The position numbers and the translations under genes were made by a program. A stretch of DNA of 64,000 bases from the NCBI GenBank assembly GCA_963663475.2, contig CAXXJV010000001.1, positions 2,368,001 through 2,432,000 of the forward strand, written 5' to 3'. How positions within the stretch are numbered: position 1 is the stretch's first letter; every line of letters starts with the position of its first letter. The notes under the pieces are model-generated. The model ran no database searches, was not told where the DNA came from, and saw nothing but the letters and a program-made list of their open reading frames with translations. Of this stretch, positions 10,301 to 19,745 are shown in pieces. Origin of the DNA: Candidatus Cloacimonadales bacterium (lineage in GTDB: Bacteria; Cloacimonadota; Cloacimonadia; Cloacimonadales; JAFGVF01).

Positions 10301-10394
10301 AGTTCCTTTACGGTCTATTGGGCCTCTATTAGACCTTACTTAGGCATCTATTGCTAAAGTAAGTAATAGCGACCTGATAGTTACTATATAATTA
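10301..10394. repeat. Degenerate palindromic intergenic element built of 11-bp units (copy A)
   Basis: Units agttcctttac/ggtctattggg/cctctattaga/ccttacttagg/catctattgct, centre aaagta, then agtaatagcga/cctgatagtta. Aligns without gaps to 61147-61240 (60/94 by hand count) and shares ttcctttacggtct with 32176-32189. Confidence 0.6.
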
Positions 10395-10520
10395 CCTTAA
10401 TTATTGCATATAGTCTTGTAGCTGACCTACCATAAAACCTGAAAAGGCAGACTTAAATGCTAATTAACTTTGAGATTTTAGAAAGACTTGTCAGCAGAAC
10501 AAGTAAGAACATTCCTAAGT

Positions 10521-11291
10521 CTATTTTGAATTTCTAAAGTTGATTATCTCGCCAGCTATACTAACAGCGATTTCATAGGGAGTATGAGATCTCATAGCGA
10601 GGCCAATAGGACATCTAACTTTTTGAATAATTTCTTCTGTATGATTTTCAGATAAATATTGTTTTAATTCATGAGCTTTACTCTTACTTCCCATTACCCC
10701 AATGTACTTTATATCTTTATCGATTAGTTGGTTAGTTACAATATTGTCGAATTCATGACCATAAGTCATTATAACAATATAATCAGCAGGACTGATTGCT
10801 ATATTTTCATTTATATGAGTAAAATCTGCTTTAATAAATGTGGTATTCTCTGGGAAATTAGCTGGTTTGAGCCATTGGTCTCGGTCATCGTAAATAGTAA
10901 TATTAAAATCTAATTGTGCTAATAGTCTGGAAAGAGCTTGCGAACAGTGACCTCCACCGAAAATTACAACCCTTTCTTTAACATTAATTGGCTCGACAAT
11001 CAGTTCAATATCGCCACCACAAACCATACCAAGCTCTGCTTGTTTCGAAAGAGGATAAACTAGGGTTATAAATTTGCTAGGTTGTTCCCGTCTAATCTTT
11101 TCAATAATATGATACTCAAGATTTCCACCACCAATAGTTCCAGATATCTCGTCATTATCTTTTGCAATAAGCATCTTTTGGCCTAAACTTCCTGGAGAAG
11201 ATCCTTGTACTTTAGTTACAGTAACAGACCATCCACTTCCGTTATTGGCTAATAAATCCAATAAATGTCTATAATAATTTTTCATTGTCAA
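10521..11291 (-). CDS. xdhC: XdhC/CoxI family molybdenum-hydroxylase maturation factor
   Basis: GSSPG, GTIGGG.LE, LGMVCGG, FGGGH, MTYGH.D, YIGVMGS, CPIGL...TPYEIAVSI. Confidence 0.92.
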   Translation of the reverse strand: MTMKNYYRHLLDLLANNGSGWSVTVTKVQGSSPGSLGQKMLIAKDNDEISGTIGGGNLEYHIIEKIRREQPSKFITLVYPLSKQAELGMVCGGDIELIVEPINVKERVVIFGGGHCSQALSRLLAQLDFNITIYDDRDQWLKPANFPENTTFIKADFTHINENIAISPADYIVIMTYGHEFDNIVTNQLIDKDIKYIGVMGSKSKAHELKQYLSENHTEEIIQKVRCPIGLAMRSHTPYEIAVSIAGEIINFRNSK

Positions 11292-11829
11292 TTAAATCCT
11301 CTTTTCTGTTGATATTTTTCAAAATTCCTGGATCATTTACAGTAATTATCTCTCGCTCACATGTTTTAGTCAAATCTTTTAAAGTTTCACTAATTTTTAG
11401 ATACTGCAAGGCTAATTTAGGCATGATAATAGGGTGTCCTAATTTTTGCTTATAAGCAGGTATGATAAATTTAGAGTTACTTCTAAATTTTAACATTTCT
11501 TCAATAGTAGATTCTTTGACTAAAGGATGATCAATAGGCCAAATAATAATATTATCAAAATCCTTAATCTCTTCAATACCTTTAATTATTGAATCATACA
11601 TATCAAGCTTACTATCACCTATTATAGTAGTAAAAAGTCTCTCTGGATTAATTAAATGATGCAAGTCAGAATTGATAACAGCAAAGACCGACAAGTTAAG
11701 GGAGAGACATTTAGATGTTATAATATCTAAAAAAGTCTCTCCTTTAAATTTTGCTAATGCTTTGTGAGATCCGAATCTTTTACTAGCACCAGCTGATAAT
11801 ATTAAAGCTATTGTTTTACTTGAGAGCAT
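11269..11829 (-). CDS. mocA: Molybdenum cofactor cytidylyltransferase-like nucleotidyltransferase (MocA/YgfJ)
   Basis: LSAGASKRFGSHKAL, PIDHP, GHP, NIN motifs; start probably 11829 (track gives 11850). Confidence 0.8.
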   Translation of the reverse strand: MLSSKTIALILSAGASKRFGSHKALAKFKGETFLDIITSKCLSLNLSVFAVINSDLHHLINPERLFTTIIGDSKLDMYDSIIKGIEEIKDFDNIIIWPIDHPLVKESTIEEMLKFRSNSKFIIPAYKQKLGHPIIMPKLALQYLKISETLKDLTKTCEREIITVNDPGILKNINRKEDLIDNEKLL

Positions 11830-13294
11830 CCAATAGCCCAGTTCGAGCATTAAATTCTTTTATATATTCATCCCATTGATTAACTTGAGAGTACTGAGAA
11901 GTCCAGTAATCTTTTTGATACCATTGGGCATTTAATTCTTCAACAGTCTTTCCTTGTTGTTCAATCCAAGTGAAATATTTCAAATTATGCATTCGGCGTT
12001 TATCATAATAGGTCATTTCAATCATATCATCTGTCTTCACTGCCATAAGATTCTTTTCAAAATGAATATTTGCCATCACATTATTATATTGGCCTTGTTT
12101 TTCACGATATTCTATAACACGTGATTGATACATTTCCATTGAATCAGTTGCCACTGTAAAGATGTAATCATTTTCATCATACTCATAATACTTTGCCATT
12201 TTAATACAACCAAGTAAGTTAGCTATTGATGATACTCCTAATAAATCTAACTTTGATATTAAGTCTTCATCTATGCCTTTTTGTCTGAGTAAGTCATGTC
12301 CTTCTTTTTCATTGAAAAGACGCATTACATTGATAACATCATTATCATCTACAGCGATTGCCATATCCATATTTTTTATGTTATGAATCCATGGAACATG
12401 TTTATCTCCAATACCCTCAATCCGGTGTCCTCCATATCCATTATAGAGCAAAGTAGGACATTGAGTGGCTTCGCCAGCTGCTATTTTCATGTTAGGATAT
12501 ACTTCTTTAAGATAATCTCCAGAACCTAATGTGCCAGCAGAACCCTGAGTTAAGAATAGACCAGAGAAAGTATCACCTTCTCTTTTGATATTTTCAAAGA
12601 CTTCTTGCATAGCAGGTCCAGTAACAGCATAGTGCCAGAGTGGATTACCAATCTCAGCAAATTGATTTAAATTTACTATTGTATCACCTCTTTCATGAAG
12701 AAGTTCTTTTGCTTTATCGTATATTTCTTTAACATTAGATTCACAACCTGGTGTTGCAAAAACCTCTGCACCAATTTCTTTTAACCAATTAAATCTTTCT
12801 GCAGACATCTCTTCTGGTAACACAGCAATAGCTTCACAGCCTAATAGTGATGAATTATAAGCTCCACCTCGACAATAGTTACCTGTTGATGGCCAGAGAG
12901 CTTTTTGAGTAGTTGGGTCAAACCTTCCTGTAACTAGCTTTTCAACTAAAGGGCCAAATGTTGCTCCAACCTTATGAGCTCCTGTTGGAAAAAACTTACC
13001 AATTAGTATTACGATTGGACTCTTCACACCACTTAGTTCAGGTGGAATTACAATGTGATTAACACCTTGATAGCCTCCCCCAAATTTAGTTGGCTCATTC
13101 TTCCATGTTATTCTAAATAGATTTAATGGGTTTAAATCCCACAATCCAACATTTTTTAGTTTATCGACAATTTTATCTGGAATTAGTTCTGGATTTCTCA
13201 TTTGCTCGTATGTTGGGATAATAATATTTCTTTCTTTACAGCGTTGGATTGTATTTTCAAGTACTTTATTTTGTTCTGGTGTTAAGTTTTTCAT
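11816..13294 (-). CDS. PLP-dependent fold-type II enzyme (extended cysteine-synthase-like, 492 aa)
   Basis: FPTGAHKVGA (PLP Lys), PSTGNY, QGSAGT, HRIEGIGDK; substrate unknown. Confidence 0.8.
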   Translation of the reverse strand: MKNLTPEQNKVLENTIQRCKERNIIIPTYEQMRNPELIPDKIVDKLKNVGLWDLNPLNLFRITWKNEPTKFGGGYQGVNHIVIPPELSGVKSPIVILIGKFFPTGAHKVGATFGPLVEKLVTGRFDPTTQKALWPSTGNYCRGGAYNSSLLGCEAIAVLPEEMSAERFNWLKEIGAEVFATPGCESNVKEIYDKAKELLHERGDTIVNLNQFAEIGNPLWHYAVTGPAMQEVFENIKREGDTFSGLFLTQGSAGTLGSGDYLKEVYPNMKIAAGEATQCPTLLYNGYGGHRIEGIGDKHVPWIHNIKNMDMAIAVDDNDVINVMRLFNEKEGHDLLRQKGIDEDLISKLDLLGVSSIANLLGCIKMAKYYEYDENDYIFTVATDSMEMYQSRVIEYREKQGQYNNVMANIHFEKNLMAVKTDDMIEMTYYDKRRMHNLKYFTWIEQQGKTVEELNAQWYQKDYWTSQYSQVNQWDEYIKEFNARTGLLDALK

Positions 13295-13302
13295 TAAATC
13301 TC

Positions 13303-14490
13303 CTAAAAACGATATTTTAAGTTGTTTTGAATTTTACTAATTATTTGTTCTGGTGAATCGAACCTTGTAAGAATAGCCATTGCAGCAATTACAAATGGTT
13401 TAAAGCTAGCTTGATGATAAGTTTCTCTTCGATACTCTTCAAATACTTCTTTTGAAACTTCACCTTGAGAACAACTTACATCAGTTATATCAGCAGGCAA
13501 ACAATGCATGTAGAGAGCTTTTTTATTCTTTGTTAAGTTCATTTTAGCTCTATCACATTCCCAATTAACATATTTTTTGTTATTCTCTAAACAAGATTTT
13601 TCTAATTCATCTAAACCAAGCTTATCTTTGGCCATCAGTAATTCAGTCCTTTCTTGCATTACTTGCATTGGAGCCCATGATTTTGGATAAACAATATCTG
13701 CACCTTGGAAGGCTTCTTCCATAGAATTAGTTATTGAGAATTTAGAGTTTGATTCAGAGGCAATTCTTTTTGCATAATTTATTTCTTCATCAAGTAGATT
13801 ATAACCTTCTGGGTGAGCAAGAGTAACATCCATACCTAAACGTGGAAGTAAAGTAATAATTCCTTGAGGGACTGATAAAGGTTTACCATAACTTGGAGAA
13901 TAAGCCCAGGTCATAGCAACTTTCTTTCCTTTTAACTTGTCAAATCCTCCAAAATAATCTCGAAGTTTAGCTAAATCAGCCATGGTTTGGGTTGGGTGAT
14001 CTATATCACATTGTAGGTTTATTAGACCAGGACGTTGGTGGAGTACCCCTTCTTCGTAACCCATATCTAAGGCATCTGACACTTCTTTCATGTAAGTATG
14101 ACCTTCACCTAAATACATATCATCCCTAATACCAATCATTTCTGCAAGGAAGGATATCATATTAGCAGTTTCTCGAACAGTTTCTCCATGAGCAATTTGA
14201 GATTTAACTTCATCAAGATCTTGTACACCTAATCCTAAAGCATTAGCTGCTGAGGAGAAACTAAATCTAGTTCTTGTTGAATTATCTCGAAAAATTGATA
14301 TAGCCAAGCCGTTATCAAAGACTCTAAATGATTTATGATTTTGGTGGATTAACTTAAGCCAATCAGCGAGAAGAACTGTAGCTTTAATATGATCAAAAGA
14401 CTTATCTTTGGTAAGTAAGAAGTTTCTTCCATAATTATCAAAATTGAAATCCATTATTTTCTCAAATAAATTAGTCATGTTTTCTCTCAT
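13303..14490 (-). CDS. ygeW: YgeW-family carbamoyltransferase
   Basis: FRDNSTRTRFSF, KSQIAHGETVRET, LQCDIDHPTQ, WAYSPSYGKPLSVPQG, YPKSW, MHCLPADI. Confidence 0.95.
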   Translation of the reverse strand: MRENMTNLFEKIMDFNFDNYGRNFLLTKDKSFDHIKATVLLADWLKLIHQNHKSFRVFDNGLAISIFRDNSTRTRFSFSSAANALGLGVQDLDEVKSQIAHGETVRETANMISFLAEMIGIRDDMYLGEGHTYMKEVSDALDMGYEEGVLHQRPGLINLQCDIDHPTQTMADLAKLRDYFGGFDKLKGKKVAMTWAYSPSYGKPLSVPQGIITLLPRLGMDVTLAHPEGYNLLDEEINYAKRIASESNSKFSITNSMEEAFQGADIVYPKSWAPMQVMQERTELLMAKDKLGLDELEKSCLENNKKYVNWECDRAKMNLTKNKKALYMHCLPADITDVSCSQGEVSKEVFEEYRRETYHQASFKPFVIAAMAILTRFDSPEQIISKIQNNLKYRF

Positions 14491-14498
14491 AAACTCTC

Positions 14499-14957
14499 CT
14501 ATTTATAAAATTTTGCAGCTGCAAGTATAGAATCAACAATCTGTTGATATCCTGTACATCTGCATAAGTTAATTTTTATAGCATCTCTAACTTGATCTTC
14601 ACTAGGCTTATTATTCTTTAATAATAAGGCATGTGCTGTGAGGACCATACCAGGAGTACAAAAACCACATTGAACTGCATCATGATCCAGAAATGATTTT
14701 TGCAAGGGGTGAAGTTCATTATTTTCTGACATTCCCTCAATTGTCAATACTTCTTTATTAATAATATCAGATACCAGCATTTTACATGATCTTCTTGCTT
14801 CTTGATCAACTAAAATAGTGCAAGCTCCACAAACACCGATATTACATCCGTTCTTTGTACCTGTTAAATCTAAATCTTCCCTAAGATAAGCTAATAACTG
14901 CTTTTCTAGGTCTGCATTATCTATTGTTATTTTTTTACCATTTATAATTGTTTCCAT
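14499..14957 (-). CDS. 2x[2Fe-2S] subunit of a xanthine-oxidase-family molybdenum hydroxylase
   Basis: GTKNGCNIGVCGACT, QCGFCTPG, NLCRCTGY. Confidence 0.93.
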   Translation of the reverse strand: METIINGKKITIDNADLEKQLLAYLREDLDLTGTKNGCNIGVCGACTILVDQEARRSCKMLVSDIINKEVLTIEGMSENNELHPLQKSFLDHDAVQCGFCTPGMVLTAHALLLKNNKPSEDQVRDAIKINLCRCTGYQQIVDSILAAAKFYK

Positions 14958-17185
14958 AAATCCTCCAACAGCATTGGTAATTTTTTCATTCTCTGGCCAC
15001 TTGCTCTATATATGGCATTAGCTATTGCTGGTGATATAATTTCTAATGCTGGTTCTCCTATACCCTTAGCTCCTGATGGAGTATTTGGGTCTGGATTCTC
15101 TAGCACAAAATCATGAATTCTAGGCAATTCATTTGCTCTATAAATTCTATACTTGTTAAAGTTATCTGTTATAATATGACCATCTTTTATTATTAAGTTC
15201 TCCTTTAAAGCCATTCCTAAACCTTGAACAATTCCTCCATAAATCTGACCAGATAATAGTCCATTATTTATTGCCTTACCAATATCATGAACAGCATAAA
15301 TATTTAAGACTTTCAAATTTTTCCTATCAGTATCAATCTCAATTTCGGCTACTTGAGCACTATAGACATAAGTAAAATATGCTTTACCTGCGCCACATTC
15401 TTCGTCCCAAGTAACTGCTGGAGCTTCGAAACTTCCAAAAGCATAGGGATAAGTACAGTTCTGATACATTATCGACATAGCCTCTTCCCAAGAGATACTC
15501 TTACCTTGTGGACTATTCAATGTATCGTTAAGGTAGATAATTTCATTAGGCTGACAACCTAAATGAGGAGCTATAACATTATTAATAATAACTTTCAGCT
15601 TTTTTATAGCATCCATCAAAGCTCCCCCACCCATTAGAGTACCTCTAGAAGCAACAGTTGTTCCTCCGTCAGGTATCTGTGAAGTAGATGATCTTCTATA
15701 ACGAATTTTTGAGAAAGAAACACCAAGTTCTTCCTGTAAAATTTTCATCATTGCAGTTTCTGAGCCCTGACCATTTTCATGAATAGATACTTCAAGTAAA
15801 ATAGAGCCATCAAACTGAACATTTATTATTGCTGAAGTAAAATCCTTACCTTCGGCTCCTAGACTGCATCCCCTATAGGACATTGCTAAACCTATGCCAT
15901 AGAGTTTTGAGTTATGACTTTTCCCATAAGAAACTTTTTTGATTTTATTAAAGTAATCACTCTCTTTAATTACCTTATCTAAAACTTGATCTAAAGAAAC
16001 AATATGATTATCAAGTTTTTGCTGAGAAACAGTTATTGAATTTTGCCTTAACATATTCTCTTTTCTAAATTCGATAGCATCCTTTCCTAATTTCTCCGCA
16101 ATAATTTCAACAATTTGCTCTATAGCAAAGTTTACTTGCGGAGATCCAAAGCCTCTAAAAGCACCTGTATAAACATTGTTTGTATAAAATGATTTAACAT
16201 CAGTATAGACATGAGGGATTATGTAAGGTCCGCCACATTGAACAGTTGACCTCCAAGTAACCCAAGGAGAAACAGAGGTATAAGCTCCCCCATCTGCTAT
16301 GATATTACATTCTAAAGCATGAATTTTGCCAGCTTTAATGCCAACTTTATAATCCATTTTATAAGGATGCCTTTTATAACTTTCTTTAATCGACCATTCT
16401 CTTGTATAAGTCATTTTTACTGGTCTATTACATAAGAGTGAAGCCAAAGCAGTTCTAGCACATACTATAGCAGCGGTATCATCTTTACCACCAAAACCTC
16501 CTCCCATAGGAATAGTAATAACTTCTATTTCAGAAAGTTTTTTTCCTAGCATGGCTGCAGTAAATCTTCTTGTGGAAAAAGGATGCTGCATTGATCCATA
16601 TACTTCAATAACGCCGTCATCTCTCACTTGACAAACTGCTGCTTCTGCTTCTAGGTAACCATGTTCAACAAAATTACTTTCATAATGATCTTCAAGAATT
16701 AAGTCACACTCTGCAAAAGCAGACTTTGCATCACCCTTTCTTACCTTATGATGATTTATTAAATTGCTTCCATATACTTCATGAATTAATACTTCATCTT
16801 TACTAGCTTCCTCTGGAGAAAGAATTGCTGTTAAAGGCTGGTAAGTCACTTCTATTTTGGGTATAGCTTGCATAGCATGTTCAAGACTGTCAGCCACAAT
16901 AAGGGCTATTACATCTCCCTCATACCTTATCTTATCTTCAGCTAATAAAGAATAATCTTTGCGAATCTGTCCAAACTTCTTAACTCCAGGTATATCAGAA
17001 GCTGTAATTACTTTGACAACCCCTTCACTTAACTCAGCTTTTCCACATACTATGCTTTTAATCTCTGCATGTACCTGATCAGAATATACAGGAACACAAT
17101 GAAGCATACCATATAACTTTATATCGTCAGCATACTTAGCTTTTCCTGTTACTTTTGCAACTCCATCATTTCTCCATTGGGTCAT
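14942..17185 (-). CDS. Molybdopterin-binding catalytic subunit, xanthine dehydrogenase family (second, divergent copy)
   Basis: KVTGKAKYADD, GGGFGGKDD, AFRGFGSPQ, ENGQG, ASRG, GAKGIGEP. Confidence 0.9.
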   Translation of the reverse strand: MTQWRNDGVAKVTGKAKYADDIKLYGMLHCVPVYSDQVHAEIKSIVCGKAELSEGVVKVITASDIPGVKKFGQIRKDYSLLAEDKIRYEGDVIALIVADSLEHAMQAIPKIEVTYQPLTAILSPEEASKDEVLIHEVYGSNLINHHKVRKGDAKSAFAECDLILEDHYESNFVEHGYLEAEAAVCQVRDDGVIEVYGSMQHPFSTRRFTAAMLGKKLSEIEVITIPMGGGFGGKDDTAAIVCARTALASLLCNRPVKMTYTREWSIKESYKRHPYKMDYKVGIKAGKIHALECNIIADGGAYTSVSPWVTWRSTVQCGGPYIIPHVYTDVKSFYTNNVYTGAFRGFGSPQVNFAIEQIVEIIAEKLGKDAIEFRKENMLRQNSITVSQQKLDNHIVSLDQVLDKVIKESDYFNKIKKVSYGKSHNSKLYGIGLAMSYRGCSLGAEGKDFTSAIINVQFDGSILLEVSIHENGQGSETAMMKILQEELGVSFSKIRYRRSSTSQIPDGGTTVASRGTLMGGGALMDAIKKLKVIINNVIAPHLGCQPNEIIYLNDTLNSPQGKSISWEEAMSIMYQNCTYPYAFGSFEAPAVTWDEECGAGKAYFTYVYSAQVAEIEIDTDRKNLKVLNIYAVHDIGKAINNGLLSGQIYGGIVQGLGMALKENLIIKDGHIITDNFNKYRIYRANELPRIHDFVLENPDPNTPSGAKGIGEPALEIISPAIANAIYRASGQRMKKLPMLLEDLWKQL

Positions 17186-18507
17186 ATAATACTTCCTCTT
17201 GGTGTGTTTGTAAGAAATTCTCCATTTTCTACTAAGAAGTCACCACTTTTCATTACCTTATAAATATTTAATGAAGTTGTTAAATCTTCATATGGATTAT
17301 AAATACCTTGTCTTCCTTCAATTGGGTGTTCACGATCAAAATCAATAACAACTAAATCTGCCATTGAACCTTCTTTGATTATTCCTTTATCTGGATATAA
17401 GCCAGCTAGATGGGCAGGTTCTGATGAAAATTTATTTTGCAGAAACTTTGCTTTATCAAAATCTCTATCAAAGATATTCGCTGTTAAATAAGGTATGAAA
17501 TCTAAACCATCAAGTCCGCCTGGAGCCTTAGAATAGAATGTTTTACCTATCATCTTTTGATTGATAGTAAAAGGACAATGATCTGAGGCTATTATATTAA
17601 AATAGTTTAATTTAAAACCTTCAGCTATCTTTCTGGCATTTTCTTTATCTCTGAGTGGAGGCGCACAGATTAATTGCTCTCCATATGACTCAGTATATTT
17701 TGTGTTATCTAAGAAAATGTACTGAGGACAGGTCTCACAACTAACATAATTATTGTATTTAAGTCTGTTAATTAGCTCCATTGCCTCAACAGTTGAGACA
17801 TGAACAATATGGAAATGAGCACCTGTTGAACGAGCAATTCTAAGAATTCTATTAACAGCAGTTAACTCTACAGTTTTAGATCGTACTCGCGATATGTTAT
17901 TTAAAGAAGTCTTGTGTAGTTTTATAGACTTAGTCTTTATCAAGTCATCATCTTCACAATGAACTAATATTAAAACTTGTTTATCAACATATCGTTTAGC
18001 AAATTCTTCTATCTCATGGTAAGTTGAGTATATTCCAGCTTTTTTATAGGTTGTATATAATTTAAAAGTAGTAAAACCTTCTTCTATGAGTTCTGATATT
18101 GTTTTATGGCTTTCTTCATCAAAAGTAGTAGGAGTTAAATGCCAACCAACATCACACCATAAATTATCTTTGGCTTTTTGATGTGTCCTCTCAACTGCTT
18201 GACGTAAACTTTCTCCCTTCCTCTGAGTGATAAAGCTAAATAGACTTGTTATACCATTCTTTAAAGCTACTCTAGTACCTGAATCATAGTTATCAGCAAT
18301 AGGTATTCCGTTTATCTCATCATCTAGATGTACATGAAAATCTATAAAGCCAGGTAAAACAAATTTAAAATCAATATCAGTAACATCCCAGTCAGATTCT
18401 GCTTTAATTTCATCAGCAATTTTTACAATAGTATCTTTATCAATTAATATATCTTGATTTATAATAACATCTTCACTAATTAAGCTACAATTCTTTAATA
18501 GTTTCAT
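17182..18507 (-). CDS. hydA: Cyclic amidohydrolase (dihydropyrimidinase/hydantoinase, HyuA/HydA-like)
   Basis: PGFIDFHVH, FKLY (carboxy-Lys), VHCED, VHVS, ETCPQY, PPLR, SDHCP. Confidence 0.85.
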   Translation of the reverse strand: MKLLKNCSLISEDVIINQDILIDKDTIVKIADEIKAESDWDVTDIDFKFVLPGFIDFHVHLDDEINGIPIADNYDSGTRVALKNGITSLFSFITQRKGESLRQAVERTHQKAKDNLWCDVGWHLTPTTFDEESHKTISELIEEGFTTFKLYTTYKKAGIYSTYHEIEEFAKRYVDKQVLILVHCEDDDLIKTKSIKLHKTSLNNISRVRSKTVELTAVNRILRIARSTGAHFHIVHVSTVEAMELINRLKYNNYVSCETCPQYIFLDNTKYTESYGEQLICAPPLRDKENARKIAEGFKLNYFNIIASDHCPFTINQKMIGKTFYSKAPGGLDGLDFIPYLTANIFDRDFDKAKFLQNKFSSEPAHLAGLYPDKGIIKEGSMADLVVIDFDREHPIEGRQGIYNPYEDLTTSLNIYKVMKSGDFLVENGEFLTNTPRGSII

Positions 18508-18514
18508 TTCACTC

Positions 18515-19651
18515 CTAATAATTTAAAATTGAATTTATATCTTTCAACCCGTGACCTGTAAGTAATAGAACAATCTGTGAATTTTGCATAAATTTATCTG
18601 TAAGATTGAAAATCTCAGCTACAACAGCTGAAGAAGGCTCACAAAATATGCCTGTATTACTAGCTATAATAAATTGGTAATCAACAATATTTTCATCTTC
18701 TACCTCAAGCATAAAGCCAGAAGATTCTTGAATTGCACGGAGAGCTAAGTCTGCACAAGCTGGACTCTTCACAGAAATTGAATCTGCAATTGTATCTGCA
18801 CAATCAAGCGACTTATATTTTCCACTTTTCCAATACCTATAAATCGCGTTAGATTTGTTACTTTGAACTCCAATAATTTTGGGAACAGAAGAAGATATTC
18901 CGAGATCTTGTAAATCTTTAAAGCCCTTATAAAGACCAGAAATAATCACACCATCACCAACAGGAACTACTACATAATCAGGAACTTTATAATTATTTTG
19001 CTTGAAAATCTCGATTGCTGAGCTCTTCTTGCCTTCAATCGTTATTGGATTATAGCCAGTGTTTCTGTTAAGTGTCTTATAAAGACTAGTGTAATTAATT
19101 GATTTTTCATAAGCATCATCATAAGAACCATCTACTAGCTCTAAATCAGCACCGTAAGCAATATTTTGCGCTCTTTTGCCTAATGGGGCTTTTGCAGGTA
19201 TAAAAATTTTAGCTGAAATTTCTGTTGCTGCACAGATTCCAGCTAATGAAGATCCAGCATTTCCTGTTGAAGCACAAACTATTTTATCAATATTGTGGTG
19301 TTTTGCTTGAGCTAAAACCCAGTAAGAAGCTCGGTCTTTATAAGATCCAGTGGGATTAACTGTATCATTTTTTAACCAGATATCTAGATTTACTTTTTTA
19401 CTTAATTTATCAGCATGATAGAAAGGGGTATCACCAACTTTAATGTTGGGCAGATCCTTTTCATTAAAAGGGAAAAATTTGTTAATATCTAGTTCTTCTT
19501 TAATTAAAGCTTTATCATCTTCATCATATATAATTTCTAAGACACCACTAAGCTTATTACCAGGTGTCCACTCTTTACCACAATCATCACATAAGTATTT
19601 GATTTGGTTAATATCATATTCTCTCTTGCACTTACTACATACGTATTTCAT
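18515..19651 (-). CDS. Threonine-synthase-like PLP-dependent enzyme with N-terminal Zn ribbon
   Basis: CxxC...CxxC, GDTP, NPTGSYKDR, ASTGNAG, EGKKS, PVGDG, CEPSSA, LTGHGLKD; embedded in a catabolic operon. Confidence 0.82.
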   Translation of the reverse strand: MKYVCSKCKREYDINQIKYLCDDCGKEWTPGNKLSGVLEIIYDEDDKALIKEELDINKFFPFNEKDLPNIKVGDTPFYHADKLSKKVNLDIWLKNDTVNPTGSYKDRASYWVLAQAKHHNIDKIVCASTGNAGSSLAGICAATEISAKIFIPAKAPLGKRAQNIAYGADLELVDGSYDDAYEKSINYTSLYKTLNRNTGYNPITIEGKKSSAIEIFKQNNYKVPDYVVVPVGDGVIISGLYKGFKDLQDLGISSSVPKIIGVQSNKSNAIYRYWKSGKYKSLDCADTIADSISVKSPACADLALRAIQESSGFMLEVEDENIVDYQFIIASNTGIFCEPSSAVVAEIFNLTDKFMQNSQIVLLLTGHGLKDINSILNY

Positions 19652-19678
19652 AGTTCCTTCATATTTATTTATTATATA

Positions 19679-19711
19679 TTAAAAGATTGAGGACCATTAT
19701 AGTCCTCAATC
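19679..19711 (-). terminator. Stem-loop/terminator internal to the purine cluster
   Basis: Perfect 10-bp stem gattgaggac-cattata-gtcctcaatc (19685-19711), followed by TTTT on the minus strand. Confidence 0.6.
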
Positions 19712-19745
19712 AATTAATAATTTATCATAAGTTTTGTCAATAGCT

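Noticed and set aside
10301-10440. CRISPR array interpretation of the periodic units
   Set aside because: Units are 11 bp, degenerate and contiguous with no spacers; no cas genes in the window
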